Assembly: GCA_034112445.1 (NCBI GenBank)
Contig: JAWUVI010000021.1
Coordinates: 12,815-76,814 of the forward strand
Length of the DNA stretch: 64,000 nt
Direction of reading: 5' to 3'
Source: Cellvibrionaceae bacterium
Lineage (GTDB): Bacteria; Pseudomonadota; Gammaproteobacteria; Pseudomonadales; Cellvibrionaceae
In this document: piece by piece, positions 11,019 through 18,832 of the stretch
How positions within the stretch are numbered: position 1 is the first letter of the stretch
Layout: every line of letters begins with the position of its first letter
The notes under the pieces: model-generated
Told to the model about the DNA's origin: nothing
Seen by the model: the letters and a program-made list of their open reading frames with translations, nothing else
Database searches by the model: none
Program-made: the position numbers and the translations under genes

Positions 11019-14000
11019 TGATCAACCATATTGTTACAGGGCATGGGGTTACAGGGCATAGGGTTACAGGGCATGGTGATACAGTTTCAATTGACTCTGC
11101 ACCTATCGATTATTCTGCACCTATCGATTATAAGGCACGGCAACAAGCTTTAGACCCATCACAATCTTTTGCTGTAAGCGCACCTGCAGGGTCAGGTAAA
11201 ACTGGATTATTAACCCAGCGAGTGTTGACCCTGTTAGCGTATGCGCAAACGCCAGAAGAAATTCTAAGCATTACCTTTACCCGAAAAGCCGCCGCTGAGA
11301 TGCGCGAACGAATCACCCTGGCGTTACATAAAGCCAATACTGAGGATCGACCAGCCCTAGCTCACGAACAGTTATCGTGGGATTTAGCGCGTAAAGTTCT
11401 CGACCGAGACCAACAACTCAACTGGCAACTATTGAAGTCACCAGGACGTTTACGAATTCAAACCATTGATGGATTAAGCCGCTCTTTAACGCAATATCAG
11501 CCTCTCAGCAGTGGTCTCGGTGGTGCGACAAACATGTTGGATGAACCCTACTTTGCTTATCAGCAAGCTGTTCGCCAAGCTCTGCAGTTGCTTAATCAAG
11601 ATCATCCGCTTAATCAAGATATCAGCACCCTGTTGACGCACCTGGATAATAATTTAGAAACCATCTCTGAGTTACTTATTGGGCTTTTATCACGCCGTGA
11701 TCAATGGTTATCTTCATTGCTACAAGCACGTGATGCACGTACTTATCTTGAATCAGTATTGCTCGACCTCTGCCATGAAACCCTAGGTGAGCTACATGAC
11801 AAACTGTGTTTACACGGAAGTGAACTGAGTTTATTGGCTGACTACGCAGGGCAAAATTGTCAACAAGACAAACCACAATCGGCCATTTGTTTGTTACAAG
11901 GGATTGTTGGATTACCTGAAATAGATCACACGCAATTAGATGTTTGGCGGGCGCTTACACAACTATTACTTACGGATAATGGTGGCTGGAGAAAAAAACT
12001 AGATAAAAATATGGGGTTCCCTACCAGCGCCAAAAAAGATGAAAAAGAGATTCGTGCGCGTAAAAAACAAGACTTAATGGCCCTTATAGGGGAACTCAAA
12101 GAGGTGCCTAAGCTCCAGAGTTTATTGCACGTAGTACGCTATTTGCCGCCAACTCAATATAACCCGCAACAATGGCAACTGCTGGATTCATTAACTCGAA
12201 TATTGCCCTACCTAGTTGGCCAATTAAAACTGGTTTTTAAACAGCTTAACGCTACAGATTTTAGTGAAATAACCCAAGGCGCTCTTAGGGCGTTAACTGA
12301 CGGTAGCGAACCAACTGAGACCACTTTATTGTTGGACTATCAAATCCAGCATATCTTAGTTGATGAATTCCAAGATACAGCCACCCCTCAATTGCAACTA
12401 CTCGAAAATCTTACCGAAGGTTGGGAAGTTGGCGATGGCCGTACGTTATTTATCGTCGGTGATGGAATGCAATCGTGTTATGGGTTTCGTGATGCAAATG
12501 TCGGCATATTTTTAGACGCTCGCAGTAACGGAATTGGTTCGGTGCCATTAATACCGTTAGATTTACAAGTTAATTTTCGATCACAAGCCAAGCTTGTCGA
12601 GTGGACTAATGCCGTTTTTACCGAGGCGTTTCCAGATAGTGATGACATTGCTCGCGGCGCGGTTAGCTATTCAAAAGCAACCGCGATTAAACCAGCACTC
12701 GATAATAAAGCGGTGAACGTGTATGGCTTTTCTGATGCAGAGCAGCGGTACGAAGAAGCCGATAAAATTGCTGATATTATTTTCGCAATAAAAACACAGC
12801 AAGAGAAAAATTCTTCCGAAACAATTGCCATTCTGGTTCGCAGCCGTCCTCACTTAAAACAAATCATTAGCGCTTTACAGAACAACAAAATCAACTGGCA
12901 AGCCACTGACATTGAACCTTTATCACAGCGTATGGCCGTGGTCGATTTACTCACCTTAACTCGTGCCATCTTAGATCCAAGTGATCGTAATGCATGGCTA
13001 GCTTTGTTGCGCACACCGTGGTTTGGTTTAGATAATAATGATTTACTCGCCGTTGCAGGCATGCATATTATTGATGGAAAAACATCATTTCCTCTCCTTA
13101 TAAAAGAACTCGTAAATCACATAGATTCGGATCATCCACCGTCACAGCACCTCACAAAACTCAGTGAATCAGGCAAAATTATTTTAAAACGCAACATGCC
13201 TGTATTGAATTTCACTTGGAACAATCGTCGTCGAAAAAAATTACGTCATACCATTCAAGGACTTTGGTTGGCATTAGGCGGTCCAGCGACTGTGGCATCC
13301 GATACTGACATTGATAATGCGGATGACTATTTCCGACTACTTGAACGTTTCGATGATGGTGGCAGCATTACCAATTGGCAAGAGTTCGATAAAGCCGTTA
13401 ATAAACTCTACGCTCGACCTGCGGCAACGGACGACAACCCAGTTCAAGTGATGACTATTCATAAATCCAAAGGCTTAGAGTTTGACCACGTTATTATCCC
13501 CGCGCTGGATAAAAGCACTAAAGCTGATGATCACCAACTGTTACTCTGGCAAGAAAGAATTAACCAGAACCATGAAAAACAATTATTGCTGAGTCCTCTA
13601 TTCGCCTCTGGACAAGATCCAGACCCTCTATACAAATACTTACGCGAAGAAGAGAAACTTAAACAATCCCTCGAATCTACTAGGCTGCTTTATGTCGGAT
13701 GTACCCGCGCCATTAAAAGTCTGCATGTTCTAGCCAATGTAAAAACCAATAGCAAAGATGAATCGCTCAAAACACCATCTAGCACCAGCCTCTTAGCGTC
13801 TATCTGGCCGTCGGTAGCCGATGATTTTTCGATCAATACCATTCCTTGCTGTAATTCAAAAGATCCAAGTCAGTCTGGACTCGAAATTGAATCTACGAGT
13901 AAGAATTCAAAACGATTTCATATCCAACGGTTGCCACCTCAGTGGCAAGCGCCCTACCTACCACGCTCATCAATTCTTGAGTCTTATCGTGGGCATGAAT

Positions 14001-14566
14001 ATGAGGATGATGACAACAAGCCTAAAACAGATCTATTTGATCATCGTGTCGCCCTTAATATAGGTACGGTATTGCACCGCAGCTTGGCTCAAATTGTTAT
14101 TGATGGTTCCCATGAGTGGAATCAAGAGCGAATAGATAAGCAACGTAGCAGCTGGTCAACCCAGTTATTTGAGCTTGGTGTAAATCAACAAGAAATTAAA
14201 ACGTCTGTTGCTTTACTAGAACAGGGAATTCAGCAAACCTTAAACGATCAAATTGGTCGTTGGATTTTAGATTCAAATCATCTAGACAGTGAATGTGAAC
14301 TTGAGATTTGGTCAGGGACCAAAACACCACGCTTATCGATCATCGATCGAACCTTTGTTGAAGACAAGGTGCGTTGGATTATAGATTACAAAAGTAGCTC
14401 TCCCTCTAAAGGCCAAGCACTGAAAGATTTTTTAACGGCAGAAACAGAGCTTTATTCAGGTCAACTAGTACGCTACGCAAGTCTGTTTAACCCTGAAGAC
14501 TACCAGGCAATTAAAATGGCTTTATACTTTCCGCTACTGCAACATTTGGAAATAGTGACTGTTTGA
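11018..14566 (+). CDS. UvrD/Rep-superfamily helicase with C-terminal PD-(D/E)XK nuclease (AddA-type)
   Basis: 1182 aa. Motif I APAGSGKTG, motif II VDEFQDT, then TIHKSKGLEFD and LLYVGCTRA. C-terminal nuclease motif RWIIDYKSS. Confidence 0.85.
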   Translation: MINHIVTGHGVTGHRVTGHGDTVSIDSAPIDYSAPIDYKARQQALDPSQSFAVSAPAGSGKTGLLTQRVLTLLAYAQTPEEILSITFTRKAAAEMRERITLALHKANTEDRPALAHEQLSWDLARKVLDRDQQLNWQLLKSPGRLRIQTIDGLSRSLTQYQPLSSGLGGATNMLDEPYFAYQQAVRQALQLLNQDHPLNQDISTLLTHLDNNLETISELLIGLLSRRDQWLSSLLQARDARTYLESVLLDLCHETLGELHDKLCLHGSELSLLADYAGQNCQQDKPQSAICLLQGIVGLPEIDHTQLDVWRALTQLLLTDNGGWRKKLDKNMGFPTSAKKDEKEIRARKKQDLMALIGELKEVPKLQSLLHVVRYLPPTQYNPQQWQLLDSLTRILPYLVGQLKLVFKQLNATDFSEITQGALRALTDGSEPTETTLLLDYQIQHILVDEFQDTATPQLQLLENLTEGWEVGDGRTLFIVGDGMQSCYGFRDANVGIFLDARSNGIGSVPLIPLDLQVNFRSQAKLVEWTNAVFTEAFPDSDDIARGAVSYSKATAIKPALDNKAVNVYGFSDAEQRYEEADKIADIIFAIKTQQEKNSSETIAILVRSRPHLKQIISALQNNKINWQATDIEPLSQRMAVVDLLTLTRAILDPSDRNAWLALLRTPWFGLDNNDLLAVAGMHIIDGKTSFPLLIKELVNHIDSDHPPSQHLTKLSESGKIILKRNMPVLNFTWNNRRRKKLRHTIQGLWLALGGPATVASDTDIDNADDYFRLLERFDDGGSITNWQEFDKAVNKLYARPAATDDNPVQVMTIHKSKGLEFDHVIIPALDKSTKADDHQLLLWQERINQNHEKQLLLSPLFASGQDPDPLYKYLREEEKLKQSLESTRLLYVGCTRAIKSLHVLANVKTNSKDESLKTPSSTSLLASIWPSVADDFSINTIPCCNSKDPSQSGLEIESTSKNSKRFHIQRLPPQWQAPYLPRSSILESYRGHEYEDDDNKPKTDLFDHRVALNIGTVLHRSLAQIVIDGSHEWNQERIDKQRSSWSTQLFELGVNQQEIKTSVALLEQGIQQTLNDQIGRWILDSNHLDSECELEIWSGTKTPRLSIIDRTFVEDKVRWIIDYKSSSPSKGQALKDFLTAETELYSGQLVRYASLFNPEDYQAIKMALYFPLLQHLEIVTV
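11033..11084 (+). repeat. In-frame 15-bp tandem repeat (3.5 copies) in the first codons of the AddA-type gene
   Basis: GTTACAGGGCATGGG / GTTACAGGGCATAGG / GTTACAGGGCATGGT / GATACAG, encoding VTGHG-VTGHR-VTGHG-DT. Confidence 0.9.
11097..11132 (+). repeat. In-frame 18-bp tandem duplication
   Basis: CTGCACCTATCGATTATT followed by CTGCACCTATCGATTATA, encoding SAPIDY twice. It lies upstream of helicase motif I. Confidence 0.9.
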
Positions 14567-14687
14567 GCCATTTATTTGATTATATTCAAAGAAAACATCA
14601 ATTAGAGACTCCTAATTTCATTTTATTTGAGTAGAATGTTCATCTCTAATAAAAACTCATACTTAAAAATTAAGCGCGGAATCAGTA

Positions 14688-15761
14688 ATGACACAGACAG
14701 CAGTAGAAAATCTCAACATTGTTTCCCAAGAAATTTTAATTTCTCCTGAAGCTCTAAAACAAGAACTGCCTATGAGTGATCAAGCTCGTAAAACAGTTAC
14801 CGAAGGGCGTCAGATTATTCGCGATATTCTTGATGGCAAAGATCATCGCTTGATGGTCGTTATTGGCCCCTGCTCTATTCACGATACCGATGCCGCTATA
14901 GATTATGCTAAACGCCTTAAAGCATTATCGGATGAAGTATCCGATAGCTTATTCATTGTTATGCGTGTTTATTTTGAAAAGCCCAGAACCACAGTTGGCT
15001 GGAAAGGCTTGATTAATGATCCTCATCTTAATGACTCTTTTAAGATTCAAGAAGGTCTACATATTGGCCGCCAATTATTATTAGACATTTCTGAACTAGG
15101 ATTACCGACTTCTACAGAAGCACTTGATCCGATCTCGCCCCAATACCTGCAAGATCTTATTGGCTGGTCAGCGATTGGCGCACGTACCACTGAATCACAA
15201 ACTCACCGTGAATTAGCCAGCGGCTTATCTTCTGCAGTGGGCTTTAAGAACGGAACTGATGGTGGTTTGACTGTTGCGATTAATGCCCTTGAGTCAGTTT
15301 CAAGCCCGCATCGATTTTTGGGTATTGACGGCCAAGGTCAAGTAGCCATCACCCACACCAAAGGAAATGCATACGGCCATGTGGTATTACGTGGCGGAAA
15401 CGACAAACCTAATTACGATTCAGTTAGCATTGCTGTTTGCGAACAAGAATTAGCAAAAGCCGGTGTATCGACCAACATAATGGTTGACTGCAGCCACGCC
15501 AATTCAAATAAAAATCACGAACTGCAACCGTTGGTTATGGAAAATATTGCCAATCAAATTATTGAAGGTAATAAATCCATCATCGGCATTATGGTTGAAA
15601 GTAACATTGGTGCTGGCAATCAAAAACTATCTTCTAACCGTGATGAAATGGAATACGGAATTTCGGTAACCGATAAGTGTATTGACTGGGAAACTACAGA
15701 GGCCACATTGAAAAAGATGGCTAAAAATTTAAAGCAGCCTTTGTTAGATCGTCTTAAATAA
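14688..15761 (+). CDS. aroF: Class I 3-deoxy-7-phosphoheptulonate (DAHP) synthase, closest by eye to the Tyr-sensitive AroF isozyme
   Basis: 357 aa, colinear with E. coli AroF/AroG (VIGPCSIHD, VMRVYFEKPRTTVGWKGLINDP, IGARTTESQTHRELASGLS, GFKNGTDG, MVDCSHANSNK). Several segments match AroF better than AroG (EVSDSLFIVMRVYF, TEALDPISPQYL, PHRFLGIDGQGQVA). The isozyme assignment is tentative. Confidence 0.9.
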   Translation: MTQTAVENLNIVSQEILISPEALKQELPMSDQARKTVTEGRQIIRDILDGKDHRLMVVIGPCSIHDTDAAIDYAKRLKALSDEVSDSLFIVMRVYFEKPRTTVGWKGLINDPHLNDSFKIQEGLHIGRQLLLDISELGLPTSTEALDPISPQYLQDLIGWSAIGARTTESQTHRELASGLSSAVGFKNGTDGGLTVAINALESVSSPHRFLGIDGQGQVAITHTKGNAYGHVVLRGGNDKPNYDSVSIAVCEQELAKAGVSTNIMVDCSHANSNKNHELQPLVMENIANQIIEGNKSIIGIMVESNIGAGNQKLSSNRDEMEYGISVTDKCIDWETTEATLKKMAKNLKQPLLDRLK

Positions 15762-15809
15762 AGAGCATCCAACACTGGCACACTGCATAAGTCCGTCATC
15801 CTGTATAAG

Positions 15810-15843
15810 CACCGTCATCCTGAACTTGTTTCAGGATGACGGT
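15810..15843. terminator. 15-bp perfect stem-loop between convergent genes (possible bidirectional terminator)
   Basis: CACCGTCATCCTGAA-cttg-TTCAGGATGACGGTG. It lies between the aroF stop (15761) and the stop of the minus-strand cluster (15942). There is no clear U-tract on either strand. Confidence 0.45.
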
Positions 15844-15941
15844 GGAACCAGATAACGGTGAAGCCAGACGGTAGAGCCAGAATAACGGTGAAGCCAAAGG
15901 TTGTGAAGTTGAAGGCATGGAGTAAGAATAAGAATGTGTTT

Positions 15942-16754
15942 TTACAAACTGGCTAGACACTTAATTCCCGCTGGTAATTCTCCTTTAGGGTTCGCCAACT
16001 CTGCTCTGATTCGATAAGTCCCACTGGCTGCATCAATAATAGGGTCAACCATGGTGATTTTCGCTTGGTATTGACCATTAATCGGTGCCTCTGGATAAAT
16101 AGTCAAACTCCCCTTGGCAGAAATACTACCAAAGCTTTCATAAGGCATAACCAATTCAACTTTTAACGGATCTAAACGCGCAAGCGTTAATACTGGGTCA
16201 GTGCCGACAAACTCTCCAGACTCGTTAAACAAATCAATGACCACCCCATTGATTGGGCTTTTAATTTTTCTTAAATCCAAAACCTCACGGGAGTGGCGCA
16301 ACTCTTTTTGTGACACCTGATATTCAGTAGCAAATTCATCCCGCTCATGTATTGATATGAGGTCTTCATTATAAAGACTGTCATTTCGTTCAACTTGGCG
16401 CTGGGCAAATTCAGACCGAACTTTTGCTAGCTCAACCGACGCTGCTTCGACACCAGACTTGAGTGAAAATATAGGCTGCCCCTTACGAACTTTATCACCC
16501 AATTTAACTGAAACTGAATCTATTACGCCAGGTACTGGACTACTAATATCCACACGCATACTTGGCTCAATCATGCAGCCCATGGCCGGCAAATACTGTA
16601 TCACCACTGGTTGAGTAAGCTTGTTTTCTAGCGTGCTGGTTTCTATAGCACTTATCTCTAATGTATTTACCCCTGAAGTACTTGGCTCTTGAGCCAAGCT
16701 GGAAACACACACACACGATAAAATAAAGCTCGCTAGGCATTGCTTCAATGCCAT
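15942..16754 (-). CDS. Exported HlyD/membrane-fusion-protein-like periplasmic adaptor (short form)
   Basis: 270 aa. Signal peptide MALKQCLASFILSCVCVSSLAQE. Lipoyl/barrel-sandwich halves (GVIDSVSVKLGDKVRKGQPIFSL and IKSPINGVVIDL) separated by a short helical hairpin. AGGAGG Shine-Dalgarno 6 nt upstream. The start overlaps the SecA-like stop by 10 nt. Confidence 0.75.
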   Translation of the reverse strand: MALKQCLASFILSCVCVSSLAQEPSTSGVNTLEISAIETSTLENKLTQPVVIQYLPAMGCMIEPSMRVDISSPVPGVIDSVSVKLGDKVRKGQPIFSLKSGVEAASVELAKVRSEFAQRQVERNDSLYNEDLISIHERDEFATEYQVSQKELRHSREVLDLRKIKSPINGVVIDLFNESGEFVGTDPVLTLARLDPLKVELVMPYESFGSISAKGSLTIYPEAPINGQYQAKITMVDPIIDAASGTYRIRAELANPKGELPAGIKCLASL

Positions 16755-18832
16755 TTACTACCTCCTAAAAATGCTAAGGATGAACGTTCTTTCTCATCCA
16801 TCTTTAATGTCATTTTACGTTCACCAGCATGTTTCAACTCAAGCCGCCACTGACAATAACGTTGCAACCAACGAGCTAAGAAATTAAACGCAAATGGGAT
16901 TTTCCCGCTGACTAGAATGACTAATTTAGATAAATTTTTACCGTACATTCGAACCACAGAATCATCTAATGCCAAGATATATTCTACGCTGCCAGGATCA
17001 CCTTGTCTGGCTGATCTTCCAGCCAATTGCCTATCAACTCTCGCTGAATCATTCAGTTCGCAAATAATAACGTGTAAACCACCTGCCTCTCTGCATTCTT
17101 TATCGAGTTTTATATCGGTACCACGTCCTGCCATTGATGTGGCAATAGTAATGGCACCACTCACGCCAGCATCAGAAATAATTTCAGCCTCGGCACCATC
17201 TTGTTTTGCTGTTAGCAAAAAGTACGGTTGCTGCATTTCATCCATAATAGCCGCTAGACTTTCAGATTGATGTACCGAAGCTGTACCTATGAGAACTGAA
17301 CGTCCATCTAAAGCTTGTTTAACCGCTGCATCAACAATCACTTTTTCTTTACTGGGCTGATCGCGCAGCACTGTGTAAGCCGTGATTTTACGCAGTGATT
17401 TTTTTAACAGTGGCACTTTTTTTACAGGTAAATTATAAACCTTTAATAACTCAGACCGAACCTCTTTGGCCGTACCTGTCATACCAGCCACATTAAAATA
17501 TTTCTTAAAGAAATTTTGATAACTGATTTTGGCCAGTGTTTTACGTGGTTTGGTTAAAGGACAGCCCTCTTTAATTTCTATCAGTTGATGTAAGCCCCCT
17601 TCCCACGATCTATCTCCAGCCGGACGACCGGTGTACTCATCGACAATAACAATTTTGTCATCATCGACTATGTAGTGTTTATCTAAATCAAACAAATACA
17701 AAGCGGTTAAAGCTTGAGTCAACATTTGTTGGCGTCGAATGAGGTTGTACCACGGAGTATTTAAATCCAAACATATTTCTTCTGCAGCCTTACCACCTTC
17801 TTTAAGCATAACAATTTTACGGTTCGGCCAATCTATTTCATAGTGTTTACCATCGACCAAGTTACGAGCAACATCCAACACGGTTCGTAAAAAATCTTCT
17901 TCATCGTCCATATCGACTTCGCCACCAGAAATCACTAATGGGGTGCGTGACTCATCTATAAATACACTGTCAGCCTCATCGACTAAGGCAAAATTCAAAC
18001 CTTGATGCATAAGATTATTTAAAAAACCGGTATCGTCTTCGAGTACTTGGCGATGAATATCCAATGAATCTTGGCGTTCATCTAAAACTAACGAGTCTTT
18101 TAAGTAATCAAATACCAATTCATTATTTGAACAATAAACAATGTCACCGGCATAGATCGCCTTGCGGTCTTCAATGGTGTGCTCATTAATGATCGCCTGA
18201 GCACGCAAACCTAAATAACTGTAGAGCGGCAGCATTTCTTCACAGTCGCGCTCAGCCAAATAATCGTTGGTGGTAATTACGTGAACTTTAACACCGGCCA
18301 TTGCAGCGGTAGCGGTAGCCAATGTTCCGGCTAATGTTTTCCCTTCTCCGGTAGCCATTTCAGCCACCATGCCTTGCAATAAAATGAGCGACGCCCGAAT
18401 TTGGGTGTGATGATGACGCATACCTACAGAGCGCCCTGCAGCCTCACGGATAAGCGCAAATGATTCAATCACAGTCTTATTGTTTAGCCCACAACTAAGT
18501 AATGTAAGTTTGACCCGAGCAACTTCAGCTAAAAAATCTTCTTCCGATAATGCCGTATAAATATCTGATTGTTTAATGATTTTTTTAACGAGATGGCCGT
18601 CATTGATGAACAACTTTAAAATTGGAAACAGAACGGTTCGATAGGTTCCTCGTAAAAAACTATCAAGCCATGTGAGTTTAGGAATCGTTTTCTCAGGTCG
18701 ATTCTTGATTGAACTCATTTGCCGCATCGGGTATCGGAACAGAAGGTTTCTCAATGAAATAGACGGTAAAGATGTTGACCTTACAGATGTTGACCTTAAA
18801 GACTTCAATTTAAAAAACAGTTTATTAAACAT
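16745..18832 (-). CDS. Truncated SecA-like motor ATPase (NBD1, preprotein cross-linking domain and NBD2 only)
   Basis: 695 aa. Colinear with E. coli SecA from about residue 60 to the start of the scaffold helix. Matching segments: GMRHHHTQI, EMATGEGKTLAG (Walker A), VHVITTNDYLAERD, YCSNNELVFDYLKD, ALVDEADSVFIDESRTPLVISG (Walker B), YIVDDDKIVIVDEYTGR, WEGGLHQLIEIKEG, ISYQNFFKKY, GMTGTA, ATSMAGRGTDIKL, GGLHVI and RVDRQLAGRSARQGDPGS. It ends about 75 aa after NBD2. It therefore lacks most of the helical scaffold, the wing domain, the two-helix finger and the C-terminal SecB/zinc-binding tail. It carries a basic N-terminal extension of about 55 aa. Confidence 0.85.
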   Translation of the reverse strand: MFNKLFFKLKSLRSTSVRSTSLPSISLRNLLFRYPMRQMSSIKNRPEKTIPKLTWLDSFLRGTYRTVLFPILKLFINDGHLVKKIIKQSDIYTALSEEDFLAEVARVKLTLLSCGLNNKTVIESFALIREAAGRSVGMRHHHTQIRASLILLQGMVAEMATGEGKTLAGTLATATAAMAGVKVHVITTNDYLAERDCEEMLPLYSYLGLRAQAIINEHTIEDRKAIYAGDIVYCSNNELVFDYLKDSLVLDERQDSLDIHRQVLEDDTGFLNNLMHQGLNFALVDEADSVFIDESRTPLVISGGEVDMDDEEDFLRTVLDVARNLVDGKHYEIDWPNRKIVMLKEGGKAAEEICLDLNTPWYNLIRRQQMLTQALTALYLFDLDKHYIVDDDKIVIVDEYTGRPAGDRSWEGGLHQLIEIKEGCPLTKPRKTLAKISYQNFFKKYFNVAGMTGTAKEVRSELLKVYNLPVKKVPLLKKSLRKITAYTVLRDQPSKEKVIVDAAVKQALDGRSVLIGTASVHQSESLAAIMDEMQQPYFLLTAKQDGAEAEIISDAGVSGAITIATSMAGRGTDIKLDKECREAGGLHVIICELNDSARVDRQLAGRSARQGDPGSVEYILALDDSVVRMYGKNLSKLVILVSGKIPFAFNFLARWLQRYCQWRLELKHAGERKMTLKMDEKERSSLAFLGGSKWH

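Noticed and set aside
16917-17270. 117-aa plus-strand ORF inside the SecA-like gene, and similar shadow ORFs (2219-2419, 2711-2893, 3175-3475, 4087-4531, 6686-6889, 7768-7968, 11128-13062, 62247-63930).
   Set aside because: Each is fully embedded in, and antisense to or out of frame with, a gene with strong homology-type motif support. None has recognisable motifs.
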